A DNA stretch of 64,000 nucleotides from Podarcis tiliguerta (Eukaryota): the NCBI GenBank assembly GCA_965153285.1, contig OZ229111.1, one strand, 5' to 3'. The position numbers were made by a program, and so were the translations under genes. The notes beneath the pieces are model-generated. The model was not told the origin of the DNA. It saw only the letters and a program-made list of their open reading frames with translations, and did no database searches. Below, in pieces: positions 50,761 through 64,000 of the stretch (its first letter is position 1; the number at the start of each line of letters is the position of its first letter).

Positions 50761-52237
50761 ATATAGAAAAACATACACTTTGTGTGATTCAAGGCGAACT
50801 AATTCTCAAGGGATATATGTTTTTACAAATAAATCAAGGCAGTTTGTTACCTGCTCCAAAAAGAGAAGAATAATGTTACATAGTTTAATTGAGGAGGTTC
50901 CCTCCAAATACCAATGTTCTCCTTTGCTACCACCACCGCATGTGCTTGCTTGCACATGCACACATGTGCAAGGGATAGTTAAGGTCATGGACTGGGAGCC
51001 CTATCCAGAACCCAGTCTATCTATCTCCTGATGCTATTCGCAGCTCCAGGAGGTATATGGCACTTTATAATTTCACATCCTTCTTGTGTAACACACAGTT
51101 GTCATGGTGATTGTGGGCTCAAGGCACCTGTTGCTTTCTTTTGAAAGTATATATGAAGCTCTTTCAGAGCCGTAGAGCTAGATTTAGACAAGGAGGAAAA
51201 CAAGGTAAAAGGGAAGGGGGGTCAGGAGTGGTGGGAATGGCAGTCTGGGTTTGAGGCGGTTTACGATAGTAAGATACCATCACTGGTCTTGGCTGATAAA
51301 ATGAGGTGAACGCTATGTGCTCTTCTGTTGCTCTCAACTAAAAAGCAAAATCCAGGGCCAACCCAGGATATTTTGCCACTATAGGCAAAACAGAAAGTGC
51401 CGCCCCCACCTCTTCCTCTGTGCACTCACTACTCACCTGTCCGCTCACCTAAGAGTGCCCCTTCATACAGCAATAATGTGGTAACATTGGGGAAGCATCC
51501 CGCTTGCATATAAATCCACCACTAATGTCAACAACATGCTACAGAATGCACCCACAATAAAACTGAGCTAGGAAACAGGAAGATGAGAGGTGGTTGAAAT
51601 AATGTGAGAGATAACTGGGGTTGGAGTGGGACTTCTCAGAGCAAGGGCTAAGCTGGGAGCATGTTTGGCATGGTGGATTAGAAAATCTATGATGTGCCAG
51701 AGGAGAGGAAAGTACTTTGGCTAGTGGTGTCGACTGACACAGCCCAGTGGTTTGGAAGATGGTTAGAAACTATTGGAAACTATTGTTTAGTGCAATAAAC
51801 CACCCTCTTTGGTGAAATACCAATCCAAAGAATATAGCATGCCCACACCCAAAATCCAAACCTTTATGCACACATATGATGAAATCAGCATGCTCATATA
51901 CACAGAAATCCAGGGTGGTGGCTTCAGTGTCATAGTGTGTTGGATAAAAAATGAAATAGAACACATCCAGTCCTGTGAAAGCTGTTGGGCTGCTTATTAT
52001 GTTGAGAGATTGAGAGCCCAGCACATTAGTATTCACACACACATTGGTCCTGCAAACTAGGATTCTTTGTCTCCCCCAGCCCACCTTATCCTGTAGATAC
52101 CCCACTATCCTGGTGCTTTAATCAACTTTATTTTTATTCCTTCCCTATTTTTAGGTCTCTCTCTCTCCCCCTCCCCCTCCCTTGTTCCTACCTCACTGTT
52201 TACTGGAAGGAGCATTTTCTTTCTCTGCATCCTCTGT

Positions 52238-52280
52238 GTTGCCTAGCAACCAGGTGCACCGCAGATGCCAATTGGCTGAG
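52238..52280. promoter_or_regulatory. Candidate enhancer motif cluster: X-box GTTGCCTAGCAAC, E-boxes CAGGTG and CAGATG, CCAATTGG
   Basis: A perfect 13-bp RFX site directly abuts two E-boxes and a CCAAT palindrome in non-repetitive sequence. Confidence 0.45.
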
Positions 52281-53003
52281 GCCATTCAGCCAGCACTAGA
52301 AGCATTGTGCCTCCCCCCCCCCTTCTTCATATAGACCCACCATACAATTCTAGATAGAAAGGGGAGTGTGGGTGGGGAAAGGGGATGATTGTGGAAGACA
52401 GGGTGACAGAACATCCAGTCAGGAGATGTTGGTACTTCTCTGGGCTCATGATTCACTCAAGCTAGGCATGTCCTTGGCGGCAATCACCAGCTCTCGGTGA
52501 AGTGTACCGTGGCCTGCTGCAGCCTTGCTTTACATCTCCTATTCCTTCTTTTGCGTCCTAGGGATAGCTTATTTTCTTCCTCCATGCTGAGAAAACATTA
52601 CTCTCAACCTTTGCCCTAGTCTTCCCAACCTGTTATTATTGCAGGATCCCAGACTCACTGGAAATGATGGTGATTGTTTTGCTTCCGTTTTTATCCCACC
52701 TTTCAACTCAGAGGGCCCTCGAGGCAACTTGCAAAATGATAAAATGCCAATAGAATATGGAGAGAGGGAGAGAGGGGGGAAAACAGCTGCAGAACAAGGA
52801 AACCAAGAGCAGGCTATAATTCAGATGTCTGGTCACTTGCTCCCTTCTCGTTAAAGTAGTAATAAGGGTTTGGCTTTATTTACTTTTAAGACAGAAGGGA
52901 ACTAGTTGCACAGGCTTCAAAAGGAAAGGATGTACCACTGCAAAGAAGGCTCTGCAGCATGCCTAAGGTAGACCATCTGGAGCAAGATCCTACCTTGATT
53001 ATA

Positions 53004-53224
53004 CAGTGGTACCTCAGGTTAAGTACTTAATTCGTTCTGGAGGTCCGTTCTTAACCTGAAACTGTTCTTAACCTGAAGCACCACTTTAGCTAATGGGGCC
53101 TCCTGCTGCTGCCGCGCCGCCGGAGCCTGATTTCTGTTCTTATCCTGAAGCACTTTCTGGGTTTGCAGAGTGTGTAACCTGAAGTGTATGTAACCTGAAG
53201 CTTATGTAACCCGAGGTACCACTG
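53004..53224. mobile_element. Tc1/mariner-type MITE, family A
   Basis: TA|CAGTGGTACCTC...GAGGTACCACTG|TA. Confidence 0.9.
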
Positions 53225-54210
53225 TATAGGGAGTTGTTTGTAAACTTACATCATTTCTTACAAACCTAATACTGTACAGAAACCTAATGCATCTTTGGCA
53301 TATTTTGTTTGTTTTGCTACCTTCTTCCAATACAATATTTGGTTGCAAGCAACTCACTTTTCCCTGCTGGGTCCATAGGCCGCCAAAGGAAAAAGGAAGA
53401 AAAGTGCAGATATTTTAATATATACTAAATATAGTTATATACATCAATGAAACGATTGACATTGTACACTACAAGAGAAACCAAAGAGAAGAGATGTGTT
53501 TAAATCAGTTTTAAGCCTGTAATATAATGGTCATTCCCTTTCTCCCCAAAGAACATAGGAATTGTAGTTCTGTTATCAGGGCTAAGCACCTCTAAGAGAA
53601 GTCTTCACTTCAGCAAGCTACAAATCCTATGTGTAAGTCTTGTAGTGTGGATATACCATTAGGTGCCCTGGGGAATATTTCTTCCTGACTTGAATCATCT
53701 TATTTTTAATCAGCCACCTGTCTCACTTTTTGAACTGATTCAACACACCCATTGCTGAAATTAATGATGTTTGGGGTGGGGGTTGAAGTGTAGGTGGGTT
53801 CCCACAAGGCAAGACACAGTGATAACAGCAAGAACCTTTATTGAACTACATAACTGGGAAGCAGAGGCAAAGCAACTACTTATATACATTTCTGAAAGCC
53901 TGGGCCACTCCCACTCCCAACGTGATTGGCTGTCTACACTTGCAAACTGCAAATCACGGGCCAGTGGCAGAGGCCAAAATCCTGAAATGTTCTGTGATTG
54001 GACAACATGTATCGAATCAGAACAAAGGAGCTCAAAAATCTTAGTCCAGACTCAAGCTTGGGCAAACACAGACCACTGAATACATAACAGGGTTGGAGGA
54101 AGAAATACTTGTCTAGGGACAGAACATGATGATACCATGGAATAGGAAGTTTGCTCTTCAAAACAAGCAAGCTCCTGAGAAATAGACAAGCTCTTCCTCC
54201 TGAGCAGGCG

Positions 54211-54313
54211 CATCACTTCCCCCTGGGAATCCTTTTTGCCTTCAGTGAGTGAACCAGACTCATCACTTCCCCCTAGGAATCCTCCTGTATGCCTTCAGTG
54301 AGTGAACCAAACT
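54211..54313. repeat. ~50-bp tandem duplication (2 copies)
   Basis: CATCACTTCCCCCT.GGAATCCT..TGCCTTCAGTGAGTGAACCA.ACT repeated. Confidence 0.85.
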
Positions 54314-56954
54314 GAGCTCATTGTGATCTTTTTTCCCTGTCTACAAGAGTCACTTGAAAACACAGTGATGTGATAGTGTCCAACAGAGCTATGAATTTAT
54401 TCATGCTTCATATTTATTTCTAGCAGCACTCACAGTGAACCAGGCACAGTACTGTACCCACTCCAGCAAAGGCAGGAATGTCCTCCAATTGGCTTTGAAA
54501 GTAGAAGACCATAAACAAGGTGATTTTTGAACATCATAGATCCAACTGGCCCCAGAAGCTTGGTGCTGACTTACAATAACAACAAAGAGTCCCATGGCAC
54601 ATTTAAGGCTAACAAATTTATGGCATAAGGTTTCTTGGACTGGAGTCAATTTCATCAATGGTTCTCCCAGGTTTCATGGAAAGTTTTTTCCTTCCTGAGG
54701 CCACATGTCAGTGGAGGGCGGGGCCAGAACCAAAATCGGATGGAGCAACAGCTGTGACTCTGTATAGTAGGCTTATAGTAGATTGAACAGGACAAGACTT
54801 CTAAAATGTGGTCATAGAACACTTGAGTCTCATGAAGCCAGGGCTTGTGCTTCTGGGTCTTGTGCAAAGAAAGAATGTGTGTATCTCCCCTGTACATGTG
54901 TCAGGCATGCAAGGCAGCTCTCCAAGGGTGGAATATGCATGTCTCCTTAGAGGAGACTCTAAGATGTGCAACTCATGAACTCTCTATGGTGAAAATCAGA
55001 AAGGGTAGAGCAATTGGAGGTGGGGAGCTCCACAGGGTACAGCAATAGATTGTGGAATAATGCTTGTGGGGAGTTATGGGATATTATTCTCCGGACATCA
55101 TTCTAGTGGATGTTAGTAATGTAAGCAAGCTGATGTAGATTTTATGTTTGCATTACAAACCCAACTGAAGGGGCAAGAGCCATTTTTAAGCTTTAGCCTT
55201 GCTTAAAGATAAACCCCAGTGTTGTCATTCTTCACAATAATAGAGGAACAGAAGAGTTATTGGGCAAAGCAGTGCTGTGTGAAGAGGGGTGATGAATTGC
55301 CATGCCAGCGTTGTTTTAATTTGTCATAAGGACACAGTGCATGCATCCCTTTCGCTCCTCTTCCCCAGGGAAAGGGCATCCTGGTTAGGCCCCTTCCTAC
55401 GCACCCTGGCCTCTTCTCTTCCACCCACCCAGCAGAAAGGAACAGTGATTTTGATGTGTGAATTAGCAACTGGAGAGTGATTCATGTGTGAGTCACAGCA
55501 CAAAGCACAGGTGGCATCAGGCAAATTATAGGGCACCCACCCAACACTAGCCTCTTTCAAATGCCAGGATACAGCCACTAATTTGCTCCCTTTATGTACT
55601 GAGGGTCCTGTTCCCTCTCCTTGCATCCTTCCTTTGCTTTCCCTACCCAAAGAGAGTGATAGTAAGCAGAATAATATGGCCGTAAGATCTAGCATTCATG
55701 CTATTAGACTAGTACACATTCCAGACTAGCCAAGATGACTCTATTTAGGAACATAGGATGCTGCCTTAAACTGAGTCAGGCTATTGGTCGGCAGTAGCTC
55801 TCCAAGGTTTCAAGCAGGAATCTCTCCCAACCCCTGCTGGAGAAGCTGGGAATTGAACTTGGGACCTTCTGCATTCTAGGGAGATGCTCTACCACTGAGC
55901 TACAGTCCTCCCCCTAAGGGCTTTTCTGCTATTGCTCATACTGGGCAAATGTAGTGATGGGTTCCTTGGATTCTACAGGGTTTGCATGGGTTTCTATTCA
56001 CACTGATTAATTGGGGTCCATGGCATTCTTGTGGGATAACCAGTCTCATATAACCAACATGCTTAGGTCTAATTAATGCATGAAAGTGTTAAAACCATAG
56101 AGTAAGCTGTTCTGCCAAGCTTAGCTCACCTTGAGAGGGACTAGGTAATCAAGCCTTTGTTCTACTATTATCTACCTGTGAAGCTCAACATGTGAGGAAG
56201 TTTGAGCTGGTTGCTGCAGCTCAGACCACATAGCTCTAACAAGACCCTCTTGGGTTCCTATACCAATAGTTATTTGTTATTTATTAAATTTGTCCATCTG
56301 TAGATCTCAGGGCAGTTCACAACATAAAAATACAAGATCGAAACACAAAATACATAATAAAAACAAGAACAAAAAAACCCCCAACCACAAAGCAAGAACC
56401 CCCCCCCTTCCCCACCATAATTTAGGAACTTTTACCACTGTAACTAAGCAAAGTTTTACTGCCCACCAAACGTTTTCTGAATGTTGTATGGAAAAACACA
56501 TGAATCTGACCTTTGGAGAGTTTGTAAGCAAACAATTTTTAACTTACCAAATGTGTGGTCTTTTTCTGTGCTAGAGGAAGAGGGAAACTTTAGAAGGAAC
56601 TCACAAGGGCATATTCAAAAGATCTAACAGGCTATATTTCCACACTTTGCTTTGCTGCATATTCTCTGATTTTAAATCTCTGCTGTTGCCCCCGACAGGG
56701 TATTCTCATTTTATACCTGTTTTTTCCTTGCCATCAACACTTTTGTAACACCACAAGTATTCTGTAGCCAATGGTAACAGCTGCTATGAAACTGAGAGAA
56801 GTGACCTGCCTCAGGCAGATGTATTAGAGGCTGCAGATAGATGAAACCAGGACTGTAGCTGTGCCATACATTTAAAGCACTATGATGCCACTTTAAACAG
56901 CCATGGCTTCCCTCAAAGAATCCTGGGAACTGTAGTTAAGGGTACTGAGAGTTG

Positions 56955-57307
56955 GTAAAGGTAAAGGGACCCCTGACCATTAGGTCCAGTCGTGGCCAAC
57001 TCTGGGGTTGCGGCGCTTATCTCGCTTTATTGGCCGAGGGAGCCGGTGTACAGCTTCCGGGTCATGTGGCCAGCATGACTAAGCCACTTCTGCCGAACCA
57101 GAGCAGCGCACGGAAATGACGTTTACCTTTCCGCCGGAGCGGTACCTATTTATCTACTTGCACTTTGATGTGCTTTCGAACTGCTAGGTTGGCAGGAGCA
57201 GGGACTGAGCAATGGGAGCTCACCCCGTCGTGGGGATTCGAACCGCCGACCTTCTGATCGGCAAGTCCTAGGCTTTGTGGTTTAACCCACAGCGCCACCC
57301 GCGTCCC
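56955..57307 (-). mobile_element. Sauria SINE, full length, inserted in an older repeat
   Basis: Head GGGACGCGGGTGGCGCTGTGGG. TSD CTGAGAGTTG on both sides. Confidence 0.92.
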
Positions 57308-58070
57308 CTGAGAGTTGTTAGGAGACCCATATTCCCACTATAGAACTTCAGTTCCCAGAGGGGTTTAACAGGCAATTCATCTTCCCAGGGAACTCTGGGA
57401 ATTGTAGCTCTGTGTGGAGAATAAGGATCTGAAGCAGTTTTAAACAGCGTTAAAAACTGTTAAGACGTATCATAATCATAGGAATAGTGTGGGATCTAAA
57501 GAACGCACATCACAGATGTCAAAAAACCAGGGCAAAGATGGTTACTGTATTTTTATAAATAACAGCCCAGTGATGACAAGCATATCAGTAGTAGCTGCAT
57601 GGAGGACTAGGAAGATCAAGGGGGAGACGTTCTGGTATCGCCATTTACATTTCACCATTTACCAGCATAATATGGCTGCGTTGACCGCTCTCCCAAAGTA
57701 CAGTGCTCTGTACTTGATGCAAGTTACTCTGAAAAGCCTATAATTCATCTACCCTGTTTTGGCACCATCAACAGTCTGGGACATGCTGACTCAAACTCAG
57801 ATGCTTGACCTGGATTACTGCTACAGTATCTCAGAGAAATAGAGCACCCATGCCATGTCTGTATCACACATGATAATTTAAAAGCATAGTTTTATAAATA
57901 ATGACACCAGCCCTGCAAACGGACACTCTGAAATGTAAGAATAGCCCTCCTTACTTACATGTACATGATAGACAATGACGTTTATTTGGGCAAGGGCCCT
58001 TTTGATAACTATTAACAAGAAATCAAGAAAGGTAAGTGGAAGCAAACCAATCTCTGTGTGTATACAAATA

Positions 58071-58249
58071 GCGTATTTACTCAAATATAGTGCATACCTT
58101 TTTTGGCCAAATTAAGTCGCGAAAATTAGGGTGCGCATTAGATTTGAGGGTACATTTACATTCATCAGCAAATAGTTTTTTGGCATCAAGCTTTTGAAAA
58201 TTGAGGTGAGGATTGGATTTGATGACGCATTACATTCGCATAAATACAG
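58071..58249. mobile_element. Older MITE with CCGTATTT-like TIRs
   Basis: TA|GCGTATTTA...TAAATACAG|TA. Confidence 0.55.
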
Positions 58250-60609
58250 TATTAACATACTAGATCGCATTCCTTGTCCTGCAGCAAAGTGTTATGTTTC
58301 AAGGCAGGGATAACACCACCAAAAAAGGTCATGTCAGGGCTTTTTATTCTTTGTTTTCTAGAAAGAATTGTAGAATAGGAAATAAGAGTAGTGGTTTGGG
58401 AACTGTGCTGGTAAAAGATTTTCAGTGATGGTATCATTAAGATTCATGGTACCTGTGTTAACTGTACTGCAAAGGTATTCTTGCATCTTAAATGACCAGG
58501 TTTAAAAAGGTTTCAGTCTTTTGTTTTGTTTCAGTCTTTTGTTGCCATTGTCCATTTCAAGCACACTAGGATCTAAGCTCATTTCCTTTCTTTGAAGTAT
58601 AATATCTCCATTGCATCAAAGGACCTTGTGATAAGAGGGTTTCCATATGCTGTAATAGCTATCCTTGACCAGTAAGTGGACTCTTAACATTCAGAATAAC
58701 CCCTATTGACTTATTAATCACTCGAGCCCATCTCCAACAGAGAAGCTGCATAATCATCAAGCTATATTGTCTCACTGCATGTTTAAATATGACTTTAAAC
58801 TATGAGGAAATGGGGTGACCCAGACTGGCCCAAGGCATTTTGGGGCAGAAAATCCAAAAGACAAACCCTCCTTTCCTATAACTAACATGGAGCACAACCC
58901 ATCTCGTTGAAACAAAACGGAAACAACATAGAGTGTTATCCTCGTCCTCAAAGATATCTCCTGCCCCCAACACCTCTGCTGCCCCCTAAGACTCAAACCA
59001 GCAGTTGCCATTGTGTTGCTCACAGAGGCCTTCCCAGATGCCCATGGGGTCCCAACCATCCCCCCACTCCCCCACTGAAGTTTGGCTTGAATGAAGCCTT
59101 CTGCAGCAAATGGAATGCTTGTTTCAAGCCTCATTGCTGGCAAGGGGCAGGGGGAATGAGCACATGAGGGGGGAGGCCGAGATGTGTGCATTGTTGCAAT
59201 GCCTGCATGCTAGCCATCACAGTGTCTCTTGTCAGCAAATGTCCCCATGGGCTCAAGAAGATGGACAGCCCCTTGCTTAATGACTCCTGAAATCCATGGC
59301 AGCCACATCGCCAGGCATCATGGTTGGATCACCTCTATGTGCAACAGAAATCTACATGTTTATATTAAATCCCTGTTTATATTTTAAAAGAACAGGGATT
59401 AAAAATAACCCATCTAGCGTCTTTTGCTTGTCTGACAACTCACCTCACCATGGAAATCTGTGGTGTGATATTAGAAGCAGGCACAGATTTCCAGAATGAG
59501 ACAAAATGGGCTGCTAGCTGGTATTTTCACTTTATTCAAGAATTTTGTTTTTGGCCTTTGAAAAATATTTATTACCTTCTTTAGACAATGTAGAGTATGT
59601 ACAAGAATGTAGTAAGTCCTTTAAGTGTATACCTGTACATTCTGTTTCCTTCAGGGGTAGTCTTAATCATTATGACCTTATTTTAATCATTATTCCTGTA
59701 TTTTGTCCTGCAAATCCTAAAAGGAATTTGAAAAGACTCCCCTCTGGTCTCCCAGGGGCTTGCCTACCTGTTAGTGGTGATCAGCTATAGATTATTACAG
59801 TTGAAATATTTCACTTTAATCTATTTTAAAGGAGCCTAGATTACATTCCAATAGTCTAATTTTGCTTCACAAGCCTCTAATCAGCCTATTTTCTTTAAAT
59901 TGCTAAGTGAAACCCCTTTCTTTTAGAACCAATAGAAACTAGTGCTGTATACACACTGCCTCTTAGTCTGGCTCCAACACGCACCACTATTGTTTGAGGC
60001 TGAGTACACATGATGTTAGCCACAATACATCTGGGTCTTGTAGCTTCTCGTGAAATGCTCCTGTTTGATGTGCTTTCCCTCAAATGAGGTTCCATCTGAT
60101 TAGAAAACAGAAGCAGTGGTTAAACTGAGGTGTGTATGGCTCAGGCAGCCATTACACATGTGCAGCTTACAGCACATGCACAGTGAAATGTGGTCCAGCA
60201 TGAGGAAACAAATCAGATAATGGACATCCCCACCCCCCACCCTCTGGTCTGTTCAGAGATGTAAGAGACAACTTGACCTGCAACAAAACGTTGCGATGTG
60301 GACTGCTCCTGCTGAAGCAACCTTCTGACACCAGCATCACTGCTGCTTATGTGGAAGGGTTTAGGGTATGATGGCATACCCCATGGGTCTCTTGAGGCCA
60401 TGCATGTACATCAGGTGGGACTGCCAATCTGGTGCTCCTGCCCAGTGCACGTGCATGGCCCCAACCTTAACCAATGACCCACCCTAGTCACAGTCAGGCA
60501 AACCGTGATGCTGGTGTCAGGAGGGCGACTGCAATTCTACACTGCCGCACACACCACTACTCTCAGCCATGCTGTCTGCCATCACCTACCCACCCCACCA
60601 GCCCTCCTC

Positions 60610-60663
60610 TGTGTGTGTGTGTGTGCGCGCGCATGCGCGCGTGCATGCTCGTGCGTGTGTGCA
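60610..60663. repeat. (TG)n/(CG)n alternating purine-pyrimidine tract
   Basis: TGTGTGTGTGTGTGTGCGCGCGCATGCGCGCGTGCATGC..GTGCGTGTGTGCA. Confidence 0.85.
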
Positions 60664-63600
60664 CTTTTTCTCTCATACACACTTACCTTTCTATTCCAGA
60701 TAAACATGCTCAGTCCTGACTAGCTGGGATTTGGGAGGGGGTGTTGATTTTTCTTTCCTCTTTCTCAACTTCTATAAAACATAGTGTTACCCTAATCATG
60801 CTGGTACCTCCTCATGTGTGTAAATGGTGCTGCTTTGGTTACATAACATTCCACATTCATCAGTTAACTGCTAGCTTTAGAATTATTCACAACGGCTATA
60901 TGGAGCCACTAGTGTCAGAGGCAACATAACCCTGAATGCTAGTTGCTGAGCTGCAGCAAAGGGGGTGTGCTGGTGCCCTCTTGTTCTGCTGGTTTGCCCC
61001 AGTGGGGGAAGCAGGTTACTGGCCTAGATGGGTCTTTGGACTGAGGTAGCGGAGATGTTCTTACGTTCGTGTGTTTCCCCCAGCATCTGCCTCAGTCTGG
61101 TTAAGGAAATCCACATGCTCTAATATTAAGACAGGGAGCTAACTTATACTAGGACACCATTGGTCCTTCTGGCTCAGTATTGTCTATGCTGACTGGTAGT
61201 AGCTCTCTAAGGTTTCACACTGAGGTCTTTCCCAGCCCTACCTTGAGGATACAGGAATTGAACCTGGGGCCTGCTCTGCCACTGGGCCATGGCCTCCCAA
61301 AACTAAAAAGCAACAGCCAAGAAGCATGATTGAGATTCCACCTCAATGGAAGGAGAAACAGACAGGGGAAAGGAGAGCCTTAAAACTGTTCCACTATCAG
61401 TCTTACTCCAAACCAAACTGAGCAGCATGAGCATTGACACCCTGGGTCAGTGACAGTCTCCCTGATTAATCTGAACCATTCCTGGAAATTGAATACCAAA
61501 ATCCATATGTAGACCTTCAATTCCCATAGTATCCTGGTGCAAGGGGACAGGTGGTGGCCTCTTTTCAATAGGAGGAAATGGCTATTTGCTTGGAATTGGC
61601 TTCAGTTCTTTGACAAGTATGTTTACACTACATGCTTTAAATGGTTTTTTAAAACAGGTTTAATGTTCACAGCTGCACTGCCTTTCCACCTCATGCTTTC
61701 GCCTCAGGCAAGAAGTCATCTATGAATTATCTGTGATTGCGTAACGGTAGACTCCATGGAGCCCTGTGCCCAAGCCGCTTAGGGATGGGAGTTATCTTTT
61801 AGTACAGTTCCGTACACATCAAGACAGTTTCTGCTTCTGGGTAGACCTTGGCTATTGCTTACAGAAGAGAAGGATTAGAACATTCTCTCTCCAATACGGC
61901 GAATGGAGAGTCAGGGCTTTAAAGAGAAACAGTGGGCAGGCAGACCCAAATGGGCAGTTTAGGAGAAAGTGGGCAGTTCAAAAAGAACATTTGGGCAGTT
62001 AAAAAAATTCAAGTCTTGCCAAAGTTGCATTATCTTTGGTGATTCAAAACAACTGATAACAATGTGAAAAGTAAACTGAGTAGTCCAAGCGCCTCTAGAG
62101 CCCCAGGCCATAATCAAGGATATCCATTTCTCTTTCTCCTGCCAAAGACAACCCCTGCAGACGCCACTGCTGTTCCCCACAGAGTATTCACCAGTATTTC
62201 TAATATGAAGGAAACGTTGCATTCTTCTGCATTAGTGTAGTCAGATTGCCAGTCCTGGGGATATTCTCCTGCTCTGTGTAAATTTGCTAAATGCCATGCT
62301 ATTGAGCAAGAAAACACATAGGCACATGCAAGGCAAGTGCATGTGCACCAGTGTGTTGCAACAGAGAGTGCCATGTGTATTATAGTCACATGCCGCTGGA
62401 CAGTTCTAAACTTTCCTTTTTAAGACGTCCCAATAGGGAGCTGTAGTCTAAAACACCTGGAAGGCACTGGATTGGGTAAGGTGACTCTACACAGTGCATG
62501 GTCCTGAATCTTCTGTCTTGTTATTTTGAAGCTGAAGTGACCCTGCTACCAACCAAAGCACTGTGCAATGCTGAGCTGCTGAAGTCTGAGCTAGAACGAG
62601 GAGGTGGAGAGAGTCCTTCAGGACCTGGGGGGGAGGGTGTAGCAGGGTGGGAAGAGGAGAAGAACCTGCCGCTGATGAGTATAAGTGGTTTCCTCGTCAC
62701 TGCCGAGAGTGAGTGCGTAGGATGCTGTTAGACAAAGCCTGAGCTGGGAAGCAGCGGCAACAGAGCTTCTGTGCTCTCTGTGTGGAGTGCTTTCCTTTCC
62801 AACCGCTCTGTCTCAGGTAGCATCAATATTCAGCCTTCCACACATTTCTCTTCCCCTCCCATCACCCCATCTACAAATCCTCCAGAAAGATGCCTTTTCG
62901 TTTAGTGCAGAAAAGGGGGCATGAAGCAAATGGGAGGGGGCGAACATGCAGTGGGTGCTTCACCTTCCTCCCCCTCTCAGAGAATCTAGGCTCTTGTCTT
63001 TTTTTCTGGCTGCAGCACATGTTGGCTTCTCTGATGGAGTTGGCAGAGTGGGTGGCATCAATTGTAGATTCAGGGTGTGGGTGGATTTGCACTTTGTGGG
63101 TTTTCATTCTTTCCCCCTCCTTTCCCCAGACAATATTAGTAATCAAGGCAGGGCAGAGGATGGCAGTTTTGTTGCATGTAGGAAGTGGAGAGAGGGAACT
63201 GGTCACTGTTGAAAGAGGAGAGTGATGATGATGAAGTTCATTTGTGCCTTTCTTGCAGATGTTAAAGGGTGCTTCTTGGCTTTTCATAATGCTCACTTTC
63301 CAGGAGAGGGGTGGGGAATTGAGAGGTCTTGTAAAGAGGATGCTGGAAGGAATGTGTGGTCCATAATCAACTTTACTGACTCCGATGCAAAATCAAACAC
63401 CATTTCCCCTAGCCATCTATGGTTGACCCAAAACTTTCCAGATGGTTTTTGTGCAATAATTGCACTGTTGTTTGACCCAAATGTTTCTACTGCAAAATAT
63501 ATCGTTGTCATATCACTCAAACTATGACTTTTGTCACTGCGGAAATGCAATCTTTTCCGCTTTCTCATCTAAATGGTGTATTTAGCACTGTATGGTACGT

Positions 63601-64000
63601 GGTCACACAATGGACAAGTGATAGACTTTATGCCCCCCATACTATTATATGATTTTTTTTTACCAATACTGTTTTTAATCATGTTTAAAAACTTGTCTGC
63701 TCTCCTAGTATAACATTCCAGTGTGGAATTATTCCTCTTAACTCAGGGGGGGACTCACCAGTGTGATGCCCTCCAGATTTTCCTGGAACCCAGCTTCCGT
63801 TACTTCTAATGAAAGACCATTTTGGCTAGAGCTGATGGGAGTTGGAGTCCAACAACATCTGGAGGGCACCAGTTGTGTGTCCTGTTCTAATTCTTTATCA
63901 ACAACGGTAAGAACACAAACAAGGTGTGTAACTTTGGCAAGGTTCTGATCCCTTTTAACAATGCCCCACAATTTCATTGACTTCTTCAGCTACTGATTTG

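Overview
Vertebrate genomic DNA, almost certainly from a squamate reptile and probably a lacertid lizard: it carries three full Sauria SINEs, a BovB LINE, CR1/L2 LINEs and squamate-type MITEs. The + strand holds the complete coding sequence of beta-synuclein (SNCB): 5 coding exons, 443-23747, 133 aa, with an 18.2-kb first coding intron. About 7 kb downstream, tail-to-tail on the - strand (38338 to 31977), is an intron-retaining glutamate dehydrogenase pseudogene that the ORF track does not show as a gene. Remnants equivalent to GLUD1 exons 1, 2, 8, 12 and 13 are recognisable, and they carry frameshifts, premature stops and lost splice sites. The convergent SNCB/GLUD layout mirrors the SNCG/GLUD1 pair, which suggests a decayed whole-genome-duplication ohnolog rather than a retrocopy. 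Exon 1 of the pseudogene still lies in the only long non-repeat CpG island of the window, with an RFX X-box, CCAAT/GC boxes and a candidate divergent + strand first exon. The rest is intronic or intergenic sequence rich in transposable elements. All human comparisons are from recalled sequences aligned by eye; no database search was run.
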